64,000 nt of DNA from Eledone cirrhosa (lineage: Eukaryota). Where the stretch lies: positions 375,224,001-375,288,000 of the forward strand of contig OZ024742.1 of the NCBI GenBank assembly GCA_964016885.1, written 5' to 3'. The notes below the pieces were generated by a model, which did not search any database, was not told the DNA's origin, and saw only the letters and a program-made list of their open reading frames with translations. Shown piece by piece: positions 29,901 through 41,872 of this stretch; within the stretch, counting starts at the first letter, position 1, and every line of letters starts with the position of its first letter. A program made the translations under genes and the position numbers.

Positions 29901-32900
29901 TATTTCTAGTGTATATATATTACTGTATTTCTAGTGTATATATATATTACTGTATTTCTAGTGTATATATATTACTGTATTCCTAGTGTATATATATTAA
30001 GGTATTTCTAGTGTATATATATTACTGTATTCCTAGTGTATATATGTTAATGTATTTCTAGTGTATATATTATTGTATTTCTAGTGTATATATATTACTG
30101 TATTCCTTGTGTATATATATTACTGTATTCCTAGTGTATATTTATTACTGTATTTCTAGTGTATATATATTACTGTATTCTTAGTGTATATATATTACTG
30201 TATTCTTAGTGTATATATATTACTGTATTCCTAGTGTATATATTATTGTATTTCTAGTGTATATATATTACTGTAATTCTAGTGTATATATTATTGTATT
30301 TCTAGTGTATATATTATTGTATTTCTAGTGTATATATTACTGTATTTCTAGTGTTTATATTATTGTATTTCTAGTGTATATATATTACTGTATTCCTTGT
30401 GTATATATATTACTGTATTTCTAGTGTATATATATTACTGTATCTCTAGTGTATATATATTACTGTATTTCTAGTGTATATATATTACTGTATTTCTAGT
30501 ATATATATATTACTGTATTTCTAGTGTATATATATTACTGTATTCCTAGTGTATATTTATTACTGTATTTCTAGTGTATATATATTACTGTATTTCTACT
30601 GTATATATTACTGTATTTCTAGTGTATATATGTTACTGTATTTCTAGTGTATATATTACTGTATTCCTAGTGTATATAGTACTGTATTCCTAGTGTATAT
30701 ATATTACTGTATTTCTAGTGTATATATATTACTGTATTTCTAGTGTATATATATTATTGTATTCCTAGTGTATATATATTACTATATTCCTAGTGTATAT
30801 ATATTACTGTATTTCTAGTGTATATATATTACTGTATTTCTAGTGTATATATATTACTGTATTTCTAGTGTATATATATTACTGTATTCCTAGTGTATAT
30901 ATATTACTGTATTTCTCGTGTATATATATTACTGTATTTCTAGTATATATATTACTGTATTTCTAGTGTATATATATTACTGTATTTCTAGTGTATATAT
31001 ATTACTGTATTCCTAGTATATATATTACTGTATTTCTAGTGTATATATATTACTGTATTCCTAGTGTATATATATTACTGTATTCCTAGTGTATATATAT
31101 TACTGTATTCCTAGTGTATATATTACTGTATTTCTAGTGTATATATATTACTGTATTCCTAGTGTATATATATTACAGTATTCCTAGTGTATATATATTA
31201 CTGTATTTCTAGTGTATATATATTACTGTATTTCTAGTGTGTATATATTACTGTATTCCTAGTATATATATATTACTGTGTTTCTAGTCTATATATTACT
31301 GTATTCCTAGTGTATATATATTACTGTATTTCTAGTATATATATTACTGTATTCCTAGTGTATATATATTACTGTATTTCAAGTGTATATATTACTGTAT
31401 TCCTAGTGTATATATATTACTTTATTTCTAGTGTATATATATATTACTGTATTTCTAGTGTATATATATTACTGTATTTCTAGTGTATATAAATTACTGT
31501 ATTTCTAGTGTATATATATATTACTGTATTCCTAGTGCATATATATTACTGTATTCCTAGTGCATATATATTACTGTATTCCTAGTGTATATATATTACT
31601 GTATTTCTAGTGTATATATATTACTGTTTTTCTAGTGTATATATATTACTGTATTCCTAGTGCATATATATTACTGTATTCCTAGTGTATATATATTACT
31701 GTATTCCTAGTGTATATATATTACCATATTTCTAGTGTATATAAATTACTGTATTTCTAGTGTATATATTACTGTATTTCTAGTGTATGTATATTACTGT
31801 ATTTCTAGTATATATATTACTGTATTCCTAGTGTATATATATTACTGTATTTCTAGTGTATATATATTACTGTATTCCTAGTGCATATATATTACTGTAT
31901 TCCTAGTGTATATATATTACTGTATTCCTAGTGTATATATATTACCATATTTCTAGTGTATATAAATTACTGTATTTCTAGTGTATATATTACTGTATTT
32001 CTAGTGTATATATATTACTGTATTTCTAGTGTATATATTACTGTATTTCTAGTGTATATATTTTTGTATTTCTAGTGTATATATTACTGTATTTCTAGTG
32101 TATATTTATTACTGTATTTCTAGTGTATATATATTACTGTATTTCTAGTGTATATATATTACTGTATTTCTAGTGTATATATATTACTGTATTTCTAGTA
32201 TATATATTACTGTATTTCTAGTGTATATATATTACTGTATTTCTATTGTATATATTACTGTATTTCTAGTGTATATATATTACTGTATTTCTAGTGTATA
32301 TATATTACTGTATTCCTAGTGTATATATATTACTGTATTTCTAGTATATATATTACTTTATTTCTAGTGTATATATTACTGTATTTCTAGTGTATATATA
32401 TTACTGTATTTCTAGTGTATATATATTACTGTATTTCTAGTGTATATATATTACTGTTTTTCTAGTATATATATTACTGTATTTCTCGTTTATATATATT
32501 ATTGTATTTCTAGTGTATATATTACTGTATTTCTAGTGTATATATATTACTGTATTTCTAGTGTATATATATTACTGTATTCCTAGTGTATATATATTAC
32601 TGTATTTCTAGTATATATATTACTGTATTTCTAGTATATATATTACTGTATTTCTAGTGTATATATTACTGTATTCCTAGTGTATATATATTACTGTATT
32701 TCTAGTGTATATATATTACTGTATTTCTACTGTATATATATTACTGTATTTCTAGTATATATATATTACTGTATTTCTACTGTATATATATTACTGTATT
32801 CCTAGTGTATATATTACTGTATTTCTAGTGTATATATATTACTGTATTTCTAGCGTATATATTACTGTATTCCTAGTGTATATATATTACTGTATTCCTA

Positions 32901-35494
32901 GTGTATATATATTACTGTATTTCTAGTGTATATATATTACTGTATTTCTAGTGTATATATTACTGTATTCCTAGTCTATATATATTCCTGTATTTCTAGT
33001 GTATATATATTACTGTATTCCTAGTGTATATATATATTTGTATTTCTAGTGTATATATATTACTGTATTTCTAGTGTATATATATTACTGTATTTCTAGT
33101 GTATATATATTCCTGTATTTCTAGTGTATATATATTACTGTATTTCTAGTGTATATATTACTGTATTCCTAGTGTATATATATTACTGTATTCCTAGTGT
33201 ATATATATTACTGTTTTCCTAGTGTATATATATTACTGTATTCCTAGTGTATATATATTACTGTATTTCTAGTGTATATATATTACTGTATTACTAGTGT
33301 ATATATATTACTGTATTTCTAGTGTATATATATTACTGTATTTCTAGTGTATATATATTACTGTATTTCTAGTGTATATATATTTTTGTATTTCTAGTGT
33401 ATATATATTACTGTATTCCTAGTGTATATATATTACTGTGTTTCTAGTGTATATATATTACTGTATTCCTAGTCTATATATATTACTGTATTTCTAGTGT
33501 ATATATATTACTGTACTTCTAGTGTATATATTACTGTATTCCTAGTGTATATATATCGCTGTGTTTCTTGTGTATATATATTACTGTATTTCTAGTGTAT
33601 ATATATTACTGTATTTCTAGTGTATATATATTACTGTATTTCTACTGTATATATATTACTGTATTTCTAGTATATATATATTACTGTATTTCTACTGTAT
33701 ATATATTACTGTATTCCTAGTGTATATATTACTGTATTTCTAGTGTATATATATTACTGTATTTCTAGCGTATATATTACTGTATTCCTAGTGTATATAT
33801 ATTACTGTATTCCTAGTGTATATATATTACTGTATTTCTAGTGTATATATATTACTGTATTTCTAGTGTATATATTACTCTATTCCTAGTCTATATATAT
33901 TCCTGTATTTCTAGTGTATATATATTACTGTATTCCTAGTGTATATATATATTTGTATTTCTAGTGTATATATATTACTGTATTTCTAGTGTATATATAT
34001 TACTGTATTTCTAGTGTATATATATTCCTGTATTTCTAGTGTATATATATTACTGTATTTCTAGTGTATATATTACTGTATTCCTAGTGTATATATATTA
34101 CTGTATTCCTAGTGTATATATATTACTGTTTTCCTAGTGTATATATATTACTGTATTCCTAGTGTATATATATTACTGTATTTCTAGTGTATATATATTA
34201 CTGTATTACTAGTGTATATATATTACTGTATTTCTAGTGTATATATATTACTGTATTTCTAGTGTATATATATTACTGTATTTCTAGTGTATATATATTT
34301 TTGTATTTCTAGTGTATATATATTACTGTATTCCTAGTGTATATATATTACTGTGTTTCTAGTGTATATATATTACTGTATTCCTAGTCTATATATATTA
34401 CTGTATTTCTAGTGTATATATATTACTGTACTTCTAGTGTATATATTACTGTATTCCTAGTGTATATATATTGCTGTGTTTCTTGTGTATATATATTACT
34501 GTATTTCTAGTGTATATATATTACTGTATTTCTAGTGTATATATATTACTGTATTTCTATTGTATATATATTACTGTATTCCTAGCGTATATATATTACT
34601 GTATTTCTAGTGTATATATATTACTGTATTTCTTGTGTATATATATTTCTGTATTTCTAGTGTATATATATTACTGTATTTCTAGTGTATATATATTACT
34701 GTATTTCTAGTGTATATATATTTCTGTATTTCTAGTGTATATATATTACTGTATTTCTAGTATATATATATTACTGTATTTCTAGTGTATATATATTACT
34801 GTATTCCTAGTGTATACCTCTTACTGTATTTCTACTGTATATATATTACTGTATTTCTAGTGTATATATTACTGTGTTTCTAGTGTATATATATTACTGT
34901 ATTCCTAGTCAATATATATTACTGTATTCCTAGTGTATATATATTACTGTATTTCTAGTGTATATATATTACTGTATTTCTAGTGTATATATATTACTGT
35001 ATTTCTATTGTATATATATTACTTTATTCCTAGTGTATATAAATTACTGTATTTCTACTGTATATATATTATTGTATTCCTAGTGTATATATTACTGTAT
35101 TTCTAGTGTATATATTACTGTATTTCTAGTATATATATTACTGTATTCCTAGTGTATATATTACTGTATTTCTAGTGTATATATATTACTGTATTCCTAG
35201 TGTATATATATTACTGTATTTCTAGTGTATATATTACTGTATTTCTAGTGTATATATATTACTGTATTTCTAGGGTATATATATTACTGTATTTCTAGTG
35301 TATATATTACTGTGTTTCTAGTGTATATATATTACTGTATTCCTAGTCAATATATATTACTGTATTCCTAGTGTATATATATTACTGTATTTCTAGTGTA
35401 TATATATTACTGTATTCCTAGTCTATATATATTAGTGTATTCCTAGTGTATATATATTACTGTATTTCTACTGTATATATATTACTGTATTCCT

Positions 35495-35843
35495 GGAGGC
35501 ACATGGCTTAGTGGTTAGAGCACTGGCCTTGCAATCGAAAGGTTGTGAGTTCAATTCTCAGACCGGGTCATGTGTTGTTTCATTGAGCAAGACACTTTAT
35601 TTCACATTGCTCCAGTTTACTCAGCTGTAGAAATGAGATGATAGGGACTTGAGTCCCTATCATTCCACTGCAAAGTGGTCGTGGAGGTGCCACGGCAAAA
35701 AAAAAAAGCACCCAGCACTCACTGTAAATGAGGTTGGTGTTAGGAAGGGCATCCAGCTGTAGAAATCAAGCCAGAATCAGTTCCCGTCCCACCCTTGCAA
35801 GCAGGGAAAAGTGGACGTAAAATGAAATGATGATGATGATGAT
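35495..35843 (+). mobile_element. tRNA-derived SINE with a CORE-like central domain and an RTE-derived 3' tail
   Basis: A box TGGCTTAGTGG, B box GAGTTCAATTC, a central TTGAGCAAGACACTT...CAGTTTACTCAGCTGTAGAAATG resembling the MIR CORE, a tail (35665-35785) matching LINE 3' UTR 11710-11868, and a (GAT)n end. Confidence 0.9.
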
Positions 35844-35990
35844 ACCTAGTGTATATAAATTACTGTATTCCTAGTGTATATATATTACTGTATTTCTAGT
35901 GTATATATATTACTGTATTCCTAGTGTATATATATTACTGTATTCCTAGTCTATATATATTACTGTAAATGTAGAGAAACATCAACTTAC

Positions 35991-36051
35991 CCTAACAGTT
36001 GGATAATCAGTATTTTGACATATATTTTCTTCTGAATTAAAATCTGGAAGG
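35991..36051 (-). CDS. Host-gene internal exon (61 bp): (N)LPDFNSEENICQNTDYPTVR
   Basis: Acceptor TTTTTGTAG, donor GTAAGT, stop-free, and its phase matches the preceding 907-bp exon (AA+C = Asn). Confidence 0.8.
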
Positions 36052-36259
36052 CTACAAAAAATTAGAAAAAAAATTTATTTAGAAAAGTTATGGAAAAATA
36101 AAAGTTCATAAGCTATTGGTTCATTGGGCTATCACTAAAAATGTCATCTTCAGTTATTTGGAGTAGGTTTTCATTCTTTTCTCCAGTACCATATTACATT
36201 GAAAATGATGATTATAATGATGTAAAATTATTTACAATTTAAACATTTTTTGCTTAATA

Positions 36260-36930
36260 AGGCTGGCTGTGTTATGTCTGCATATGAATTGCAACATTGC
36301 ATAGAAGTGAATCATGGACAGTGATTGCTAAGGCTGGAGAGAAGAGGGGCAATAAATGTGAAGACCGGATAGAAATGAAGTGAGCATACTTCAATGGATG
36401 TGTGATGTTAGCGTACGTAAACAGCAAAACATTGATAAGCTGAGAGAGAAACTGGGTATAAGAGGAATCAGATGTAGTATGTAAGAGAGAAGACTGAGCT
36501 GGTATGGACATGTGATAAACTGAGAGAATAACTGGGTATAAGAGGAATCTGATGTAGTATGTAAGAGAGAAGACTGAGCTGGTATGGACATGTGATAAAC
36601 TGAGAGAGAAACTGGGTATAAGAGGAATCAGATGTAGTGTGTAAAAGGGAAGAGTGAGCTGGTATGGACACGTGATACATTTGGATGATGATCGTTGGGT
36701 GAAGAAGTACCAGGAACTCCCAGTGGAAGAGAGTTGCAGTAGAGGAAGATTGAGAAAAACTAGGGCAGAGGTGGGGAGAACCTATCTAACTATCTAATAT
36801 GTGAACCTGACAGAAGAGATGATGAAGGAACACACAAAATGGAGGAAAACTGTGCCGGAACACACCTGTCAAACACACCTGTCCAAGCCATGTAAGCATA
36901 GGAAAATGGACATAAAAAATGATGATGAAG
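36260..36930 (+). mobile_element. Degenerate RTE 3' fragment with an internal 80-bp unit triplicated (36441, 36521, 36601)
   Basis: Similar to LINE 11240-11640 (LREKLGIRGIRC...RRLSWYGHV); ends AAAATGATGATG. Confidence 0.85.
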
Positions 36931-37016
36931 ACAATTGTAGAGTTAAGAATGAAGCATAAGTTAATTCTAAACTCTACTTGAAATTGTAAATATATTTCAT
37001 GTTTATTATAACTTAC

Positions 37017-37923
37017 TTGATCAATGGGTTTTCATTCAAAAGATAATCCTTCATTGATGTTTGGCAAAGTTGTGGATTTGAAGAGTTATAAAAAATATTT
37101 TTAGAAGTATTTGAGTCCTCCAAATTTCTATATTCACTTGAATATGTAGAAGCAATGGGTACTGTTGCAGCAGTACAATATAATTTGTTTTCCATGAACT
37201 CTACACTAGGTGGCAAGCAGGAGTCATCCATTATTTTAAAATCCCTTGTTTTAGATTTTGGAATTATGTTGTAATGATTACCAATGTTGGGTGGGTCCTG
37301 TATTTGTTTCTTTTGATATAAATTATTTTTATTATTTGTGTCATCATTTAATCTCTGATGTTTCTGCAGTACCCCAGTAGCTTCAACTCTCGCTATTTTG
37401 GGTTGGGGCCTGTAATTGTTAGATATACAATCCAGTCGGCTAACTGAAAACTGTTTTGTTGTTTTTATATTGTTGCTATTAAAGATAGGTTTTATGACTT
37501 TGTTACTTAGAGACACATTTGAGTCTAGTTCTGGCTGTGAATATACTGCAGTAGATATTCTACTTGAGTTATAATTATTATGTGGATGAGAATTTCTGTT
37601 ATCATATAAAGAATATCCTTTTCTAGGGAAACATTGATTCTGTTCATCTGATTCATTTGGAAAACTTATAAATTCTACTGGAGAAAAGTTAAAAAATGGT
37701 TTACGATTGAATATGAAATCTTTAGCCACATCTTCAATTATATTTTCTTTCGGTGTTACATTGAAATCATAACTGTTGATATCAGATTTACCACAATAGA
37801 ATATTGGAGATGTATTAAAGTTATTATTTTCGAATTTTTGCCATGAATTTTCTGTAAAATTCCTGTCATTGGAAGCTGATATTGAACTCTGACATTCAAC
37901 ATCAATGTCATCTGATAGTTTTT
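37017..37923 (-). CDS. Host-gene large internal exon (907 bp) encoding an Asn/Ser-rich, probably disordered region; protein not recognised
   Basis: The frame of track ORF 37013-37729 stays open upstream to acceptor TTTTTTCAG (37925-37924). The apparent stop TAA is part of donor GTAAGT at 37016. Phases agree with both neighbouring exons. Confidence 0.85.
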
Positions 37924-37979
37924 CTGAAAAAATACAAAAAACGAAAGAGTTATATATTATTTACAAGAACTGTACTAAA

Positions 37980-38200
37980 TCATCATCATTGTTTTTATGG
38001 CCCCTTTTCCACACTTGCATGGGTTAGACAGGTCTTTCTCAGCACAGCATTCATTGCACTTCTTTGTCAACTCCTCTGTGAGTCTCAGTGATTTGTGGTC
38101 AACCCTCACAACCTCTGCCCAGGTCTTTCTTAGTTTATCTCTACTGCAGCTTCCTTGCACTTCTTCACCTATCAATCATCATCCATGCACATCACATATT
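37980..38200 (-). mobile_element. Degenerate RTE 3' end fragment
   Basis: Begins CATCATCAT (tail on the minus strand) and translates to RKTWAEVVRVD...LTEELT, like the RTE C-terminus. Confidence 0.75.
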
Positions 38201-38209
38201 TTATTATTC

Positions 38210-38985
38210 TATATTCCTTCAACTTTAACACCAACGTCCTGTACCACATGAAACCACATTAGTATGAAGTACACATCATGGAGCACTATGACTGTACCAC
38301 ATTAAAATTAACGTCTTTACTTTAATACTGCAAATTTTCACAACAGTATTAGAGTAAAGACTTTAATTGTAATGCGTTAATGTGATGCAATCATAATGCA
38401 GCATCATTTGTACTTTCATATGGATTCATTGAAGCTCCGACGCCTGGCAACTGACTTGGTAAACACTCACAAAATTGTTAACCATGTTGCCAACAACAAC
38501 CCTGAGTACCTTTTTGATTTCCATGTGTCTAACACACGTGGACATGCCCACAAAGTAAGAAAACAGCACAGTTCCCATGACTTTCGGAAACATTTTTTCA
38601 CGCTCAGAGTTGCTGAAGCATGGAACAAACTACCTGCATCAGTTGTTAGATGTTGAGACACTGCATCCTTTAAAACTCCATGGAACAAACTACCTGCATC
38701 TGTTGTTAGCTGTCGAGACACTGCATCCTTTAAGGCCTCCATGGAACAAACTACCTGCATCAGTTGATAGCTGTTGAGACACTGCATCCTTTAAGGCCTC
38801 GATGCTTCCCGAGATCCGCCAACACTACAGCTAACACATACACACATGTACTTCCCTGACATTTGTGTATTATTCTATGTACTATACATACACCTTTGAC
38901 GAGTTGTAGTGCACCTTAGCACTTTACACAATAATTTCATTATTATTATTATATGGTACAGGACGTTAGGAGTTGAAGGAATACA
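38210..38985. mobile_element. Probable MITE with imperfect ~35-bp inverted ends, hosting a CR1-like insertion
   Basis: TTCCTTCAACT...AACGTCCTGTACCA (38214-38246) is inverted to TGGTACAGGACGTT...AGTTGAAGGAA (38954-38981). Confidence 0.55.
38418..38951 (+). mobile_element. CR1/L2-group LINE 3' fragment with a ~60-bp internal triplication and (TTA)n tail
   Basis: LKLRRLATDL...TRGHAHK...RKHFFTLRVAEAWNKLP is the typical CR1-group C-terminus. CATGGAACAAACTACCTGCATC recurs at about 38619, 38679 and 38740. Confidence 0.88.
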
Positions 38986-39159
38986 GTATAATTAATTAAC
39001 AGGTTAGTTAATTCAAACAAGTATATCTTTACTAGTGGACAAATTATTGTGAACATTTTCACGGAGTAAAGACTTTAGTGAATTTTGCTAAAAATCTTGT
39101 TGTATTTGTGAGGTTATGAACTGATACTTAACATCCAGCTATGATTTAACAGAAAATAT

Positions 39160-39922
39160 TTTAAAATTCATAGGAATAATTCGAAAACTCAAAAGCAAGG
39201 AACAGTTGTTAAAACAGCCAAATGTTGTCAATGACAACAGCATGTAATCATCATCATCATTTTTATGTTCACTTTTCCATGCTTGCATGGGTTGGATAGG
39301 TCCTTCTCAGCACGGCATCTCTCCAATTGTCACATCTCAGCAATTTAAGGTCAGCTTTCATAACCTCTGCCCAGGTCTTTCTTGGTCATCCTCTACTGTG
39401 GCTTCCCTCCACTGGGATTTTCTGGCTTTTCTTTATCCATCGGTCATTGTCCATGTGTATCACATGTCCATACCAACGCAGTCTTCTCTCCTGCACACCA
39501 CCTCAGATTCCCTTCGGTAAGTTGGGTAAAAATATTCCTAAGGACAGAAATCAGTGGCCAGTAGTTTATAAAGAGAAAAGTAAAGATGCAAGGAGGGTGA
39601 CAGGTAGATGAAATATAGAAATGTCTTCTTTTCTTTCTTCTTATCCCTTCTACATGCCAACACACTTCTCTCTCATCTACCTGTCACACACCTCACAACT
39701 TTAATCACTCCTACAAACCAAGCCACACCTCTCTCAATCATCTCTGTTTCATCTACCTGTCACACACCTCACAACTTTACTTTTCTTTTTATCCACCATT
39801 GGCCACTAATTTGTCCTTTCAGGTATTTTTACCCGACTTACATGCTGTTGTCAGTGACAGCATTCTTCGGCTGTTTCAACAGTTATTCCTTCAGTTTTCA
39901 AATCATTCCTATAAATTTCAAA
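39160..39922. mobile_element. Foldback/MITE element with long imperfect inverted arms; left arm split by an RTE-tail insertion (39248-39516, minus strand)
   Basis: 39160-39247 plus 39517-39613 is the reverse complement of about 39746-39922. The insertion starts TCATCATCATC and has GTAA on both sides. Confidence 0.75.
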
Positions 39923-40028
39923 TACTCACACTTCATCTTGATTTTAGAGGCAACAATGTTTATTTTAAAATGTATTTGTTAATTCAAATGATATATAACA
40001 GTTCTGCCCATCAATAAAAGAGATTAAT

Positions 40029-40248
40029 TTAACCCTTTAGCATTTAAACTATCCGTATTTGGCCAGAATTCTCTCACCTCTTTCTGTTCAAACTAGCTGT
40101 AACTAGCCACTCATACTGATGTTAAGGTATTGTTCTCAAAATAAATAATATCAAAATCTCATAGATTTGATATTATGTGAGATAAAGTGTTTACCGAGAA
40201 AATGAATACAATAGTAAATATAGAGTAATGTAAATGTTAAAGGGTTAA
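40029..40248. mobile_element. piggyBac-type MITE (copy 1)
   Basis: TTAA-CCCTTTAGCATTTA ... TAAATGTTAAAGGG-TTAA: TTAA target with CCC/GGG termini. Confidence 0.8.
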
Positions 40249-40294
40249 GATAATAATTACAATATTATAGTTAGAATTATTAATGCATACTTAC

Positions 40295-40433
40295 CCCTGC
40301 TCTGTAAACAGCAAGAGATGTCTGGTAAGTTGTATAATTCAGAAATGTGATTCATCACTGTTTGACCTTCACTGGACAGAATATATTTAGGAAGTACAGG
40401 TGGAACTTTTATAGGTCTCCACACTTTTGTCAT
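40295..40433 (-). CDS. Host-gene exon (139 bp): MTKVWRPIKVPPVLPKYILSSEGQTVMNHISELYNLPDISCCLQSR(E)
   Basis: Acceptor CCTTTAG, donor GTAAGT, 46 stop-free codons plus 1 nt; G+AA joins in frame to the 907-bp exon. Confidence 0.8.
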
Positions 40434-40511
40434 CTAAAGGTGAAAGGTATTCACATTGAAAAATAAGAAAAGTATGAAATAAACAGAATGTTAATGTTAA
40501 AACTATTTATT

Positions 40512-41285
40512 TAATAATAATGAAATAATGAAATTATTGTGTAAAGTGCTCAGGTGCACTACAACTCGTCAAAGGTGCATGTATAGTACATAGAATAATA
40601 TACAAATGTCAGGGAAGTGAATAGTGTATGAGTCGTGATATACATGTGTGTATGTGTATGGAGAGGGAACATTAGGTGCAGTGTTAGCGAATCTCAGGAA
40701 GCATGGAGGTTTTAAAGGATGCAGTGTCTCGACAGCTAACAACTGATGCAGGTAGTTTGTTCCATGCTTCAGCAACTCTGAGCATGAAAAAATGTTTCCG
40801 AAAGTCATGGGAGCTGTGCTGTTTTCTGACTTTGTGGGCATGCCCACGTGTGTTAGACACATGGAAATCAAAAAGGTACTCAGGGTTGTTGTTGGCAAGA
40901 TGGTTAACAATTTTGTGGGTGTTTACCAAGTCAGTTGCCAGGCGTCGGAGCTTCAATGTATCCATGTCCAGGGAAGCAAGGCGTTCAGAGTATGGTAGAT
41001 GCCTGATGGAGGGTATTCGCTTGGTTGCATGTCTCTGAACAGTTTCCAGGCGGTCAATGTTCTGAGCAAGATAGGGGTTCCAGACTGGTGATGCAAATTC
41101 TAAGTGTGGCCGCACCATAGCCATGTACATCTTTAAATAGATAGCTGGAGAGCGGCTGACAAAGGTATTGCTGAGTGATGCTAAGACACCCTCGACTTTC
41201 TTGACAATTTTAGAGACGTGCTTCGTCCAACGCAAATCGCTGCTGACCGTAATGCCCAGGTCACGTTCACAAGAAGACTTCTTGT
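40512..41285 (-). mobile_element. CR1/L2-group LINE 3' fragment (ORF 40684-41235 intact locally)
   Basis: RPHLEFASPVWNP...LETVQRHATK...YSERL...LRRLATDL...TRGH...WNKLP; (TTA)n-type tail at about 40512-40540. Confidence 0.9.
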
Positions 41286-41297
41286 AAGATTCCCAGT

Positions 41298-41490
41298 GGT
41301 GAGAGAGTTGAGACTACAGTGTTATATATTATAATGTAGTGAGAGAGTTGAGACTACAGTGTTATATATTATGTAGTGAGTTAATTGAGGCTACAGTGTT
41401 ATATATAATGTAGTGAGGTAGTTGAGACTACAGTGTTATATATTATGTAGTGAGTTAGTTGAGGCTACAGTGTTTGTTATATATATTATG
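41298..41490. repeat. Minisatellite, ~38-41-bp unit, about 5 copies
   Basis: GTGAG..AGTTGAGACTACAGTGTTATATATTATGTA repeated directly. Confidence 0.85.
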
Positions 41491-41492
41491 TT

Positions 41493-41862
41493 GCACCCAG
41501 TCCACCTTGTAAGGTGGTCATCTTGGAGACATAACAAAAAGCACTCTATCCATTCTATAAGGTGGTTGTGCTGGAGACATGACAAAAAGTGCCCAATCCA
41601 CACTGTAAGATAGTCATGCTGGTGACATGACAAAAATTGCCCAGTCCAGCCTGTTAGATGGTCATTTTTGTGGCATGATAACAAGCACTGTAAAATGGTT
41701 GGCATTAGGAAAGGTATTCAGCCATAAAGACCAAGCCAAAATACAGATCCTTATAAACAAGACGAGGTCACCTGAGCTGATTTGTCTCATGTGCCAACCC
41801 ATCTAACCCATGCAAGTGTGTAAAAATAGAAGTTACACAATGATGACAATGATGATGATGAT
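41493..41862 (+). mobile_element. RTE 3'-UTR-derived fragment with four diverged ~48-bp modules and a (GAT)n tail
   Basis: CACCCAGTCCAC..TGTAA.GTGGTC...ACAAAAAG modules, then GGTTGGCATTAGGAAAGG...AACCCATGC...GATGATGAT as in LINE 11710-11980. Confidence 0.75.
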
Positions 41863-41872
41863 ACGTACATAC

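Larger units (their letters stand above)
1..35967. repeat. 25-bp satellite array, consensus CTAGTGTATATATATTACTGTATT(T/C), with 23- and 27-bp variants; interrupted by a LINE (8585-11980) and a SINE (35495-35843); runs off the window start
   Basis: Directly visible period of 25, with two monomers per 50 bp (e.g. 661-710). Length variants differ by one TA unit. The array ends at ...TTACTGTA 35967. Confidence 0.99.

Noticed and set aside
270-34710. Cys/Tyr/Ile-rich ORFs in the satellite (270, 15734, 21832, 34471)
   Set aside because: They are translations of the 25-bp monomer where indels happen to skip the TAG; non-ATG starts and no gene context.
35495-35570. tRNA gene
   Set aside because: The A and B boxes belong to a SINE head that continues into core and LINE-derived tail; a second copy lies at 56281.
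1-35967. CRISPR-like array, or recursive splice sites in the satellite
   Set aside because: There are no unique spacers or cas genes. The sense-strand monomer has CAGTAAT (AG and GT share one G), not the AG|GT needed for recursive splicing, and lacks a pyrimidine tract.
37013-37729. Stand-alone 238-aa gene
   Set aside because: The frame extends upstream to a splice acceptor and the stop is part of a donor site, so it is an internal exon.
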